This document shows, piece after piece, positions 1 to 13,699 of a stretch of DNA of 64,000 bases. A program made the position numbers and the translations under genes. Every line of letters starts with the position of its first letter. Within the stretch, counting starts at the first letter, position 1. The notes beneath the pieces were generated by a model. That model did not search any database. It was not told the origin of the DNA and worked only from the letters and a program-made list of their open reading frames with translations. Source of the DNA: the human T2T-CHM13v2.0 reference genome, Homo sapiens; the NCBI RefSeq assembly GCF_009914755.1, contig NC_060939.1. The stretch is one strand, 5' to 3'.

Positions 1-119
1 GCTAGTCCTGGAATGGTGTATTCTGGATGTCTACTCAAGGCCAAACCCCAGTATTGCCTTTCGTTTCCCTATTCAAGGCCAAGGCTAGATTCTCTTCATT
101 GTCTCCATTTCTCTTTCTC

Positions 120-225
120 CAGAGCTCCTATAGGGCAAGACACTGTTTCTCATATATTTCTGGATCCTTGGAGCTTAGCTCGGAGCTTGGCATACATGCC
201 CAGCATGAACTTTTCTGAATAAAAT
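120..225 (+). mobile_element. L2 LINE 3' end fragment
   Basis: gagctcctatagggcaagacactg...gcttggcataca...tgaataaa resembles the L2 3' terminus. Confidence 0.55.
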
Positions 226-290
226 AATTTCAAATGCTGTATACAGGATACTGTTTGGTTTTTTTTTTTGTTTGTTTGTTTTTTTTTTTT
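218..290 (+). terminator. Candidate polyadenylation site, possibly the SPATA8 3' end
   Basis: AATAAA at 218-223, CA at 244-245, U/GU-rich tract at 254-290. The SPATA8 link rests only on its recalled position about 45 kb proximal of Penta E. Confidence 0.4.
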
Positions 291-1407
291 CTGAAATTAG
301 AACTAAAAGCAGCTGAAAGCAAGCTTGGGGGCCATCCTGGCATGCTCAGGGAGAAAAATGAGGGGGATGAGGGCCATGAGACAGGCATGCGTGTGTTCAG
401 AAGGGGATTTAAGGACCAGTGTGCCTACTGGGGCAGAGTTAAGACTCAGCACACACAAGGCTGATCTTGAGGGCACTTCATGAATTTCAGATTCAGGGAC
501 TATTATAGACCTTGAAGCAACCTATCATGAGTGGTAGTTGTTGCAACAACACTGGAAAAAGAGACATTTCATCATACTGTGATCCAAGAGGGATTTCATT
601 CTCTGCCTAGGTAAGACTCTAGGAATTGTTGTGGGAATAGAACTGAGATTTGAAATATTTATCCACCTACTGTCTCTATTCACCTTTAGGCTCTACTATT
701 CCATTTCCATTTTGTTCACAGAGATATATGGGCCAGGTTTCTAGTTACAGATTCAAAAGCTAATATCTTAAAATCTCTTTCTGAATCTCCAACTGACAAG
801 TTTCCTGGTAAGATAAAAAATGTGAGTGAATTAGCTTCTGCAGTCAAAAATTCTGTGTGTCTGTATCCTGGTGCAGGGACATGCACACAAGTGTGTGGTT
901 TAAGCTTGTATGTGCCAGTGTGCTGGATTCAATGCACTCTACACAACTGTGGCCACAATGTTGCTACTCTGTTGCCTCTCCCACTAGAGATTCTTTACAA
1001 TGGTGATGGCTAAACAGAGTATGATGTTGAAAAAGATGTCAACATCAAGACCAGGGAGAGACAAAAACAACATAGAGATCAATGAGCAGTAACTGACATG
1101 GAGGGCCACTGAGGCCTGTGGAGTCTGTGTCTTCCATATCTCCGTATCTTCCCTGTTGTATCCCTCTTCTCTATTCTCACTGTCAGTGTTTGGACTGAGA
1201 CTAACAGCTCTTCTGTAGCCTTCTAAACCTACTCCCCCATCACTCTCCACACTTTCCCCAGATTGCCCTTTCTCAAACTTGCATATGACGAAATGCCTTA
1301 CAAGCTGCAAGCCGCCTGGGACTCTCCACTGCTCCTGCTCACTGCCATGCCAGTCCTTGTTTTGTCTCCTAATTATCCTTCAGGTCCAGCTCAAGTCTTC
1401 CCTTTCT

Positions 1408-1576
1408 TGTAGGAATGATTAGCTTTATGTGTCATTTGGGCTAGACTATATTACCTAGTTATTCAATTGAACGTGGATCTACATGTTGCCAAGAGGGTAT
1501 TTTGCAGATGTGTTTATATAATAAGTTGAACTTTGATAAAGATTATGTTGGATAATCTGGGAGGACTTCATCCAAT
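1408..1576 (+). mobile_element. MLT2D-like ERVL LTR, 5' part
   Basis: tttatgtgtcatttgggctagactat...catccaat matches the MLT2 5' portion. Confidence 0.75.
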
Positions 1577-2020
1577 TGAGACAGAGTAGAGATGGGGCTT
1601 CCTTCAGCTCATCACCACTAGAGCATTCTCCCATGCATTCCCACTGATCACAAAACCCACATCACTACCTCACTGCTAAGAATTCCAGGAACTGGCCTTA
1701 GGAGATAACCAAGGTTGTGGAGTGTCCCACCTTTGGAAAGAATGCTGAACAATTGATTTACAGCCTTGTTGCTGCTGGCAAGACCACCAGGTTGCCCAAT
1801 ATTTAAGGTAACCATAATAACCAGATAATGCCAACTTGCATACCCCACCCGCCGCCTCCCACCGGCTTTGCCCAGTCCAACCTACACACCCTACCCCTGA
1901 TGTCAGTTCCCATGCTTGCTTAAAAAGAAAGTCCAACTGGCACTTTTCAGAGAGTTGGGGGAATTTATCTCCCTCTCTCTTTGCTGCCCTCGTTATGTCT
2001 GGGCATAAGCTCTAATAAAG
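1577..2020 (+). mobile_element. LTR47-like LTR, 5' part, nested in MLT2D
   Basis: Starts TGAGACAGAGTAG...cccactgatcacaaaaccc, has AATAAA at 2014-2019, then breaks off abruptly. Confidence 0.65.
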
Positions 2021-2107
2021 TAAAAAAACAAATAGTCATTTAGGAGTTATATATACCAAGTGCTTGATAAATCCAGATGATGCCTTTTTCAATTTTGCAA
2101 ATGACAG

Positions 2108-2180
2108 CATATCAATTAGGTTTTCCAGAAAATACAGAACCAGTAAGGTATATAAATGATAGATAGGTAGATGGATAAAT

Positions 2181-2233
<53 letters not shown>

Positions 2234-2434
2234 GATAGGTAGAAGATAGATGGGGTTTTATTTCAAATAATTGGCTTACACAGTTGTGGGGTTTGGCTAG
2301 GTAAATCTTAAAATTGTGGGACACGCCGACAGGCTAAAAACTCTAGACAGGAGCCGATGCTGGAGAATTGGGGTAGAATTTCTCTTTCTTCAAAAAAAAA
2401 CCTCATTTTGCTCTTAAGGCCATTCAACTGAATG
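2108..2434 (-). mobile_element. MLT2D-like LTR, 3' part (inverted relative to the 5' part)
   Basis: Minus strand reads ttcagttgaatggccttaagag...ggttctgtattttctggaaaacc, the direct continuation of the piece at 1408-1576. Confidence 0.75.
2182..2233. repeat. (AGAT)13 tetranucleotide STR
   Basis: 13 perfect units with degenerate flanks over 2158-2251. Confidence 0.95.
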
Positions 2435-2472
2435 TGTTACTAACCAGGGGTTCTTGGACTCTCAATGCAATA
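2435..2472 (-). mobile_element. LTR47-like 3' terminus (inverted)
   Basis: Minus strand reads tattgcattgagagtccaagaacccctggttagtaaCA. Confidence 0.65.
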
Positions 2473-3399
2473 TGACACTCTCTACATCATACCCTCTAAA
2501 TTAATATTTGCAGTGATGGCAGAGCAAGCATGGATTTTGTGGGTCTTAGTCTACAAAGTCAGTGGTACCAGAAGTATCAAGTGATTTTCTTTCCACTTCC
2601 CTCTGAGTATCTCTGCACTAGAAAGGCAGGACATTTTGTCTCAGTCACAACAGGAGTTGTCCCCTTCTCAGAGGTGTGCAAGGATTTCTGGATCTCAGGG
2701 AGCCCTAAAATATTGGAAGGACCCCTCAGGCCATTTGTCTCAGGAGACTGGCATAGTTTCTCCAATGCTTATATTCCAACACACATGGCCCCATGGTGCC
2801 TTGGATGCAGAAGTGCTGCTGACTTTCTGTCATGTCTGGGGCTGTCCCTGTGGCCTGGGGTCCAGACTCCCTGGTGAACCACACAGCTTGCCCTCTCTGT
2901 GGGCTCCTCACCTCTACAAACACCAAGCTGGCTCCAGCTTGCATGTAGGATCCACCGACATTTTCTGCTTAATTGTCTAGGTGGAGTTTCTTTCTCCTTT
3001 AAACCAGTTAAGATAATCCTTCTCTTTCCTTTTTTGGAACAAGGAAGCATCATCCCTTTTAGAAGTCTAAGCTTAAGCTTTTACAAAAGTCAAAAGAGCT
3101 ACTGATTTTAAATAGGTCACTGCAACAATCCCTGCAGCAAGAAACCCCAAAGAACCTGAAAGATCAAGCACAAATTGCTTAATAAACTGTGGCCATATAC
3201 ATGATTATTCATCTATCTTCCCACTAAAACATCCCTAAGACATTTTAGAATAATAGCTATAAAGATGGTAGTGAGATCAAGTGAACTTTTCTCTCCACGT
3301 ATTTGCCCATATTTTATACATGTTTTATATTAAACAGATATTGTTTTGGTAATGTGAGAAACTATCATAAGAAGAATGCAGTCAGAGGTCAAAAGCAAG

Positions 3400-3570
3400 T
3401 GGTAGAGTCCAAAGACTCTACAAATTCCAGCTTTGCTACTTACTTGCTTGATGACTTCTCAACCTCAGTTTGCTGAACTGTAAAAGTGAGATAATACCAA
3501 ACTTTTGTTTTTTGAATCAAATGAGCCAATGTGTATCAAGTTCTTGGTGTAGCCCAGTACCTAGTATATC
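3400..3570 (+). mobile_element. MIR SINE
   Basis: Core cctcagtttgctgaactgtaaaagtgagataata. Confidence 0.65.
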
Positions 3571-3896
3571 TTTAGTACATAGTCACAGCTCTTATCCCTG
3601 CTGGACTGTGAGTTCGAGGGCAGGACTGGATCTCTTTTCTCCTTTATCTTCATCATGGAAGATAGTCAAAAGTTATTCGTTAAATGAATGAACGAATGAA
3701 AAATTTATTTAATCCCAGATCTGTTATTCCAAAAGTTAGATTATTTCTCGATACTGAACATATTCACCTAAAGTCCCTTTTGGGGTCTGCATGTGTATAT
3801 GTTTTTTAAACAGACTGGCTTTTGTGTGTGTGACAAAATGCCTGGAGAGCCTTTGACCCACAGAAGATGTTTCATGCCACCTGTCATAAGCCCAAA

Positions 3897-4283
3897 TGTA
3901 TCAGTCCATTCTCATACTGCTAATAAGACATACCCGAGACTGGACAATTTATAAAGAGAAGAGTTTTAATTGACTCACAGTTCAGCATGGCTGAGAGGCC
4001 TCAGGAAACTTAAAATCATGGTGGAAGGGGAAGCAAATATGTTCTCCTTCACATGGCATCAGGAGAGAAAAGAAATGAGAGAATGAGTGCCGACAGAAGT
4101 GAGAAGACCCTCATAAAACCATCAGATCTCATGAAAATTCACTCACTATCAGGAGAACAGCATCAGGGGAACCTCACTCATGATTCAATTACTTCCCACC
4201 AGGTTCCTCCCAGGACACGTGGGGACAATGGGATTACAATTCAAGATGAGATGTGGGTGGGGACACAAAACCAAATCATATCA
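3897..4283 (-). mobile_element. THE1C/D MaLR solo LTR
   Basis: tgtatcagtccattctcatactgct...gacacaaaaccaaatcatatca, target-site duplication (TSD) ccaaa/ccaac. Confidence 0.9.
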
Positions 4284-4584
4284 CCAACCACACACATGTT
4301 CCACTTTTGCCCTTAAGTTTTTATGACTTTCTAATTATCTCAGCACACATATCATACCTCTGTTTATAACTCTGACTCCATGGCAAGGTTACTCCCATAT
4401 TAACCATGGCTTTTCTACTTGAGATTTGATGTCAGTATTGACGAGGGAATGAGAGATCACAATCAAAAGATTGAAAAGTGACCAAAACCGAAAACACACC
4501 ACCACGCAGTGTTCCCAAGTCCCACCTGGATGGTCCATTCAGCCTGGAAAAAGCATATGCTCTGCTCTAAATTTTTTGAAAATG

Positions 4585-5125
4585 TGTATTATTTACCTAT
4601 TGCTGCATAAGAAATTAGTACAAATGTAGCAGCTTAAGAAGGTAGATATTTAATACCTCACCATTACTGTTGAGCAGGAATCTGGGCATGACTTATCTGG
4701 GTCCTCTGGCTCAGGGTCTCTGGTGCCACAGTGAAGGTGTTGGCAGGGCTGGAGTACCTTCTGAGACTCGACTGTGAAAGAATCCACCTTCAAGCTCATG
4801 TGTCATGGGCAGGATTCACTTCCTTACCGAGGGCTGTTGGCTGGAGGCCACCTTCAGTTCCTTGTCACATGGGCTTCTCCATAAAGAGGTTTACTTCCTC
4901 AGAGCCTGCTCAGGGAGAGTCAATAGAGTTTGCAAGCAAAATGAGCAAGAGGAAAGTTACAGCCTCATGTAACATTATCCCAAAATTAATATCCCATCAT
5001 CTGTGCCATATTCTAAGGCTTAGAAACAAATCACAGAACCACTCAAGGGGAGGGGATTACATAAAGGCACGAACACCAGGAAGTAGGGATTCTTGAGAAG
5101 GCCACCTACGAGCCTACCAACCACA
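4585..5125 (-). mobile_element. MLT1 (F-like) MaLR LTR
   Basis: tgtattatttacctattgctgcataag...caggaatctgggcatgactta...ccaaccaca. Confidence 0.75.
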
Positions 5126-5908
5126 GAGCCCAAAGGGGATGATTGTAAATTTGTGTTTGGTCAAAACCAGTCCATCATAACTCACATTCTGATCATAGCC
5201 AAGTCATAAGGAAGTGACAAGATCAGCCATAAGTAACTCGTCACCACCTTGTGCTGGGAGAATGTTGCTGAGAATACTGTTGTTGTCACTATTCAGTGCT
5301 CCTAGATGAGATTCCATGGAACAACCACTTTGAACTTGACTTTGAAGGGAAAAATTCAACTTCCCTTGAGAACTGGAAGTTTTAATTTTTCTCCTAAGAT
5401 TAATAACCATGATTCCCTTTTAGCCTAGTTAAGCCTGGAGGCTTAACTATTATAACTGTAACTCTTCTATTTTCTATTTCACATTTGTTTGTTGACCCTC
5501 GCTCTTCCCTTTCTTGCACATGTGTTATTTTAATTTGTATTTTATAGTCATGTCATTACATATACTCTTATTGGAAGCCACCTAAATGGGGTAGGGTATA
5601 AATTAAGGGGGACTGAGGTTGGGTGGGTTTCGACCTCAACATTTAGTGTGGTCAACACAGAGTAGAGGTGAATTCCTGAACCTCTGTCTGCACATTGAGT
5701 AAAATACCTGAATGTTCTGTACTTTACCTACTCTTATTATAAAGGAGAAGTTACGTTGAAAGTAATTTTTAAAATGTTGTTTAAAATATTTTGAAAAAAA
5801 TCATCAAAGTGAATTGTAGGTTAAAACTTACGTTTTTGGTTGGTTTAGTTGAAATTGGGTTTTAGAGAAGAGGCAATAACTAGAGTCTTTATTTGGACAT
5901 AAAACACT

Positions 5909-6236
<328 letters not shown>

Positions 6237-6499
6237 TCATCAAAAACGTACTAATGATTTATCAAGGGGCAGACACTAGATGATACAAAGATGAAAGAAT
6301 GTGCAGCCCCTTATGACTTTTGGAGAGATCATGACAATACATCATGACATTAGGCCGTCGAGTCTTCAGCTGCAGACACAAGGCACGATGGGATCCTAAC
6401 AACTACTTTCACAGTTTACAAGGAGTTATCAGAGTCACAGAAGATAAAGATGAGAGATCCTGGTGAATTTCCAGCACAGAGCTCAGGGCATGTACATCT

Positions 6500-6910
6500 A
6501 GTTCCCAGGATTCATAGCCTGAGGGGATCTGTCTGTCCCTCAATTTAGACAGTCACTAATGATTAATTGAAGTTCAGCATTTCTTTCTATTATGAATGAA
6601 GGCAATGAGCTGCACTAACGTTAGCATTAGCTCTACTTGTTAGCAATAGATATTTTTATATCACTTTATAGATATCCCAAAATATAGTTTATGTTCATCA
6701 CTACTTCAAATCATAGTAGTAATTAGACCAACTGCCATATCTTGTTATTTAATCCATTAATAAAAAAGCACATATCTTGTTCTATCATATTTCTAATTAT
6801 ATTTTGATAACTGTATTTGAATATAATTGGGTTTCCTCTATAATCCCGCCTACTTGCTTTTGCGTAGTTAGAAATGTGATGCGGAGAAAGATGCACAGGG
6901 TTTGACTGAG
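6500..6910. mobile_element. Old hAT-Charlie DNA transposon fragment
   Basis: aatataattgggtttcctctataatcc...gagaaagatgcacagg resembles the end of Charlie-family non-autonomous elements. Confidence 0.5.
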
Positions 6911-7144
6911 AGCACTGATGAGGGAGGGACAAAGTCAGCACAGCCCGTTCTGCAAGCAAGACTCTGCCTTCCTTTCAGAGTTCTGTGGAGGAAAGAGGCA
7001 GCTTGGGGAAGTACAGAAGTCTGGAGAGGTTAATTGCTGGTCACTTCTGGGGTTGAATGCAGGTTCTGCTTTATGTATAGCCCAGGTCTTGACTCAATAA
7101 CAGGTTGCATTGTCTCCAAAATTTTTATTTGAAAAACATTTCAA

Positions 7145-7334
7145 GCCAGGTGCAGGAGTGGGTGCAGTGTCATGTGCAGTGGTGCATGCCTGTAGTCCCA
7201 GCTATTTAGGAGACTGAGGCAGGAGGATCTTTTGAGCCCAGGAGTTTGAGGCTGTATTGTGCAATGATTGCACCTGTGAACAGCCGCTGCACTCCAGCCT
7301 GGGCAACATAGTGAGACCCTGTCTCAAAATAAAA
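7145..7334 (+). mobile_element. FAM (fossil Alu monomer) inserted in an old L1M fragment
   Basis: gcacctgtgaacagccgctgcactccagcc is FAM-diagnostic, TSD about aaa(c)atttcaa. Confidence 0.8.
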
Positions 7335-10129
7335 ATTTCAAATTCACAGAAAAGTTACACAAATAGAACAATCAATACTTATACAGACTTCACTGAGATT
7401 TATGGACCATTAACAATGTAATTCCTTTGCATGTGCATTCTCTGTCTCCCTCTCTCTCTCAAATCTACTTATAAAGTACATATTCTCATGCCCTTCATGT
7501 CCCAATAATGTTACTTTGTCTTTGCAGCTTCTTCACCATATCTGCCTTGAGTCCACTTGGCCCTCTCTCACTTTGCCCTTTATTTCAGGTGATGTCCTTC
7601 AACACCACAAGCCCCAGATCCATGGCTCACCCACTCCTTGTCTCTTGCACTCTGACCATCATGAACCGCTGCATGTCCCCTCCTCTGCCTCTTCTCTTGC
7701 CCTTCCCCACTGCTTAAACCTTTCCATCCTGCCCTCTGGAATTCACAATCCATCATTAGCCATACTCTCTATGTTCTCACTTTCTTCTTAGCATGTTTGC
7801 TTTTTCAAATAGGTGCAGAATCCAATCAAGAACCATGTATTGCCTAACTCTTGAGCTTCTGTCAACCAGTAAGTAGTTCTTGAATAAATGGCATTAGTTC
7901 TTTGAGCCTTAGTTTCACAGTTCTTAAGATGGAAATTAATGACAATAAAGACTGTTATACATGGTTGTTAACAAAAGACACATGAAAGTCCTTCAGATGT
8001 TGAGAAGTAAGTACAAGTAGTTATTATTCTAATTTTTATTTAGAGAGCTGAAGATAAGGTTCAAGTTTTATTCATCTTTTTATCTTCAGTACGTAGTATG
8101 GTGCCTGGAGTCCAGGCTGACCTCAGTGTTGTGACTGATTAGACTCAGGCATGCATGAACGTAATAGCAAGACCATTTCCCAGAACAACTCGATTATTGG
8201 AACTCACTTTCTTCAGTAATGTGGACACTGCAACATTTATATAATCACAAACCAAAGAGTTCGACTAAGTAGTTTATTTCATTTAGAATTTTCATTCAAT
8301 AAATTTTTTTCTAAATTTTTTTGCTTTCACTGTGGCATCAGAATTGACTCTAGAGAGTAAACAAATGATGTTTTATTTCTATAACTTTTTCAAAGAAACA
8401 AACCTAAATCAAATTTCTGATTAATGATTTAAATATAGAGAATTTATTATTCGGTCTCCCTGCATTCCATTTTTATCTGTAAAAATATCCATCATTACAT
8501 AAAATACCCAGAAGTTTTATGACATTTGCCCTATCTATTTATAGTTGTCAATTCAGAACAACATTTCATTCTAGTTTAGATGGTTTTCCTGGTGTACCTC
8601 ATATTTGGATGGATATATCCACCATGTCTGATGTTGGAATCCTAATAGTCTAATATTTTGCTAAAAGGGGAAGAGAGAGGGAAGGAAACTAACATTTATG
8701 TAGGACCTTTACTATGTCATCCTCTTTATATAAATTATCAGCTTCACGCATTGAAAAGACCTGGTGCAGTCTATATTATTGCCCAAGGAGGAAAGTGAGG
8801 CTCGGAGACTGGGACATTAACCGAAGATCCTGTGGCTAAGAAGCTCTGCTGATTTCCACAGCTCACACTTTCCACTCTTTCATACTCTTCACGCCGTTTA
8901 TGACACTACCTTCTAGGAAGTGACCAGAGGTGTCGGTTTCCCAAATTCTCTGTCAGGCTGAGCAAATCGTGTTTTGTACTCTTTCCCACCAAGCCACTCT
9001 GCACTAATTACATTTACTCATGCTATAGTAAGTGTTGATGCAGATAACACCTTTGCTGTAATCCGATAATATCCATTGCATGGGTTTTAGCCTCATTTTT
9101 GTCTCAGTTCATTTTATTGTACAGAATTATGACCCCAGGAAAACTAGTGCTCTCCAGAGGGAAGATTATTAAACTAAAATTAGCAGACATGAGAAACTTC
9201 TTAAATATCGTCAGCATTTGTGATTTAAAATTGTCATGTTTATTCAATATTGGAAAATGTACAAGGTGATCTTGGCTATACATTGTGACCTTTCGCCTCA
9301 TCTATACCAAATAAACTATATTGTATGGTAACATTTTAATTTCATATAATTAAACAGTATTAATTTTATAAAAGCAAAAATGTTTTTAAACCTGCATTAA
9401 TCATCCTTTTAGAAGAAAACAAACAATGTTTCTCCCTCATTATGTTGTTACCTACTAATTAATGGGATGAATCAAATGTTCCTGTTTCTTTAGATTTGCA
9501 TGAGCTTAAAATACCTTTTCATCTACATTGGGTAGAATGTCAGAACTAGCTTTTGGATTATTTTAAAGCTTGGTAAGATCACAAGGCTTCCCTGAAAATA
9601 TGTCCTATCTTGACAATGCATTAAACCTTAAGAAAAGTTTAATTAACAAATGTCAGAATGTGTTCCTTCTTAAAAAATGTGACATATTAACAATTCCTTC
9701 CTATCTCCTGAGTCTAACAATATCCTAACCCTTAAAGAAAAAAAAAAGAGACATTTTATATCTCAACATAGCTTTTGCTAACTTAAATTTGATGCTTTAA
9801 AATTAAAGTACATATAAACTAATATAAAACAAATGTTTTAAGCATTGAATTGTTTCAGTTCTCTTTTAGATATATATTCTCATTAATTTACAGACTATTA
9901 GTTTACCTAGTTTTATATCAATAGACACTAATTTTAATTGTAGATTTACATAGACCAGTTGCGGCTACAAAGCTAGTTTAAGACATTGTTTAATATCTCT
10001 GCACTTCACCTTTATCTCCTGGAAAAGAGAGATAAATTATCTACTTTACATATGTTCGGGGCATAGCAGACGAGAAACATAGTTATAAATACCCTGGTAA
10101 CTCTAAGGGGACATGCTAATTAATTTTTT

Positions 10130-10700
10130 TGTTTGTATTTTTTTCAAATAATGTAGAGGTGCAAGAAAAAATAAGGAAAAAAGACAAATCAGCCATACTT
10201 TACCTTATATCTTACATCTCTTGTCTTTAGAGGTCTTTGTTTTGTTCCGGTCCGTTTTCTCTGTTTAAATAGAAATATGACCCCATGTGCATTATAAACA
10301 AAGAACTATAATACTGTTTGTATCTCACTTTTCCACCTAATAATCTCCCAAATTATTAATAATAATGGTATATACACATTCCACATGTCAATTTACTTAA
10401 TCAAATTTATATTTCCATATTTAGCTTATTTCTATTACTTTACTGGTATAAAAAATGATATGATGATAATCTGCATGAAAGTACCTTTGGATACATATCT
10501 GATTATTTCCTTAAGACAGAGTCTTAAAAGTAAAATCGCAGAGTCAAAGAGAACACAAATTTTTAAAATTTTGCTATATATTTCTAAATTGCCCTAAAGA
10601 AAGAGGCTTTTTAATTTATACTATCACCAGCAAAGGATGAGAGTGCAGGCCCCTTGCACACCCTTGTCAACACCAGGTAGTTGCATTGTTTTCAATCGTA
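10130..10700 (-). mobile_element. L1ME-type 3' fragments
   Basis: gattatttccttaagacagagtcttaaaagtaaaat...caccagcaaaggatgagagtg. Confidence 0.6.
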
Positions 10701-11974
10701 ATAATGTTATTGTTATTATCATTTTCATTATCCCTGGTGTCTTACTTTCTTCTTGTTTTGTATGTGTGTCCTTTTTCACTAAGTGAGAAAATGCAGGTTG
10801 TAAAACAGGAAAGTGGCACTCTTTGAACTAGAATTCCTTTCTCTAGAGGCTCAAAAAGCTATTTCATAAAGAAATGTTGTTCCAGCTCTATAATTTTAAG
10901 CATCCCAATCACCACTGGCCCCTTGTAGGCCTCAGGCCTACAAGGATGTCTGGGCGACCTAAGGAGAACATTAATATATGCAGCGTTTCCTTTTTATTCC
11001 CTTTGGCGACCTGTGCCTTTGGGATGTCTTTGAGGTGTTTGATGCTTTTTGTAGCTAGAGTTATTGATCAGAGTAGCACACGGGAGTGCTAGCGATGGGC
11101 AAGAGAGGAGTTTTTACCTGAGCTGGCAGCCAGTGTCGAAGGGGTCTGCTCACACTTCAAATAGTCTCCAGAGTCTTGATGCTCCTGACAAAACTGATCC
11201 CGAAGGAAAACATCGTTTATCTTGGCTGGAAAATCAGGGCAACCTGATACTTAATGAATGAAAGGAAAGCATTAGGTGACACGTTTACAGTCATAAAGGA
11301 TTCATTTGATTTTGCAGTCACCCTACTCTGCTATTAAATTTTAATTTCAGCAAATGACATTTATAAGAATGCCTTGGAAGCACGTGTCCTCTAAGACCAC
11401 TGTGGTATCCAGGAGTGCAGGTCACCATGTTTCCCAGCTCTTCTTCTGAGAAAACGGTAGTTCTCGCTGTTGGGTGGGGCACAGGACTACCTCTGGTGAA
11501 AAGAGGTGACCAGGGTCACTTCGAGGCTGAAGCATTTAGCTGCGCTGACCCTCTGGCGTTCTCCCACTCTGACATAGTGAGGTGACGAGACATTCCAGGT
11601 CCCCAAGAGAAGACAGCAGCGCAGAGCCTGCAGAGAGCCACAACAGGCCGTGACGCAGGGATGAGAAACAAACCTATTGCTGGAGACACCGAGACTGTCG
11701 AGGTCGCTTATTACCTGGCCCATCTTGATGGATTCAGATGTTTTGAAGGTTCACTTTTCCGAAAGAACACTTAATAGCTGTAAAACCTACAAAAATCACC
11801 ATGGAATATAGAAGAAGAATTGAAGGTCTGATGAAAGAAACATTTAACACATTCTTAAAAGTTGGAATTAGTTAAAGCGGTTCCTAACTCTCATTGTTAT
11901 CAGTGGCTTTTCTGCCAATTTCTATTTCTAATCAAAATAAAATTTGGTATGCCAAACTTAAAAATGAAGGCAAA

Positions 11975-12150
11975 TAGTGACAGCGCTTATTGAGTGCCTG
12001 TTAGGTGCCAGATACTGTGCTAGATAATTTATATGTTTTATTTCACTTATGGCATCAGAGTAACCATGGGAGGTAAATAACATTTCTATTTCAGGGGGGA
12101 GAACTGAGATGAGCAAATATTGAGGGACTTTGAAACCAGCTTGATCTCAC
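11975..12150 (-). mobile_element. MIR SINE
   Basis: ttattgagtgcctgttaggtgccagatactgtgcta...gagaactgag. Confidence 0.65.
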
Positions 12151-13699
12151 TCTACTGCCCTTGTCATTTTTCCCCTCATAAGTGCTTAGTATTTTGATTG
12201 CTTATGTATTAATCCAAATAGAGAAGATATTCTATTACTCACATAATGGAAAAATATGTAACTTTTTCTCTTCTGGAGACAACAGAAAACCTAGTTCAAT
12301 TCAGATCCAGAATCTCTGTACATAATGACACCATGAACTCTGCTGAGACCAAATGACAGTAGGACAAAAATAAAATGTTTCTTGGGGCCTTCTCTTTCAA
12401 TAAATATTTATATTTTCCCGACTCCAGTAGTTACCATCTCAGGTTTACATGCAGCCTCTCGTCCAGTTAAGCCCTTTGTTAAAGGTCTCAGCAGCCAACT
12501 TTGTTTTTGCAGGAGTTGAAACAATTTTTATTTGCAAACAGAGGTGCCAGTTGGAAACTGCTACTAACAGGAGTACTGTTAGAGCTTCCTCCTCATTCTG
12601 GACAGTGAGTTCACTTCTCTAATGCACTTGTCAAAAATGAAGACGCAGCAGATGGAGGAGGAGAAGGAAAAGGGAGGGGAAAAAAGAAGAATCATACATT
12701 CCAGTTGAGGTTGTCAAATTCTTTGTTGCAGTATGCGGAGCATTTTAAGTTTTCTCCGCCTACCATCTCTGTGTCTGTTCATCTTCCCCAAAAGTGGCCT
12801 GCTCTGCCATCACTATTCAAAGTTGTAGGGAGATAGCACATCAGAAATGCAGATCCTTAATTCTAACCAGCCAAATCTTCAAAGTCCTCCATTACATCTT
12901 GGTTATTCATAACTCAGCCTGTCTCATACTATTCTTTCTCAGAATAGTAATATAAATAAATACATATTTCTATGTGGTATCTTCCAAATCACAAAGTCTG
13001 TCTTTCATCTTCACTACATACAAAATTATTTTTTGTCTTTGTTAAAAACCCCAAAGGGTAGAAAAGTTGGGGAACTCCCTTCTTCCCTAAAGTTTTTCTT
13101 ATCTGTAAGACCCTCTTCTGGTCAAAACTCCTCTGAGAATCTTCTCTCCATCTTCTCCATCTAGATTAGCCCCTCTCTTCTCCTATCTATAGGAGCACAT
13201 AATACCCTCTCTGCCCCTTATTGCCCCCAGATATTCTTTTAAGCATTTGGAAGAGTGTGAATGAGTGGAGAGAGAAACACTTTGGAGCCAACCAGAAGCT
13301 GAGTTTGAAGCCCAGTCCTGCCACACAATGGCGTCACTTTGGACAAACTGCCTCTCCCTCCTACACTGTGGTCTGTTTGTCTGTAAACGGAGATGACAGA
13401 AACTACTTTGTTTGATTGCTATACAGATGAAACATGGGAACGCACATAAAAGGTTTTGCCCAAAGCCTGACTCAAAAATGGCCAGTCTCTCTCTCTCCTC
13501 ACAGTCCCTCGAAGGCAGAGACCTCATCCCTATCCCTTTTTCATCTCATTCTCCACAGCATTCACAGAATGCGGAGCACACAGGGGAGTCCACAATAAAT
13601 ATTCCCGGAATTGAACCATATAGAGGCCAGTCCTCAGACACCATCCTCGGAGAAAAACCCCTCTGTGGGGCAGTCAGCATCCAGACCTTGCTTGTCAAT

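Noticed and set aside
11480-11725. GC-richer, CpG-containing segment as an exon or promoter
   Set aside because: Too short for a CpG island, with no convincing splice or promoter architecture. It cannot be supported from sequence alone.
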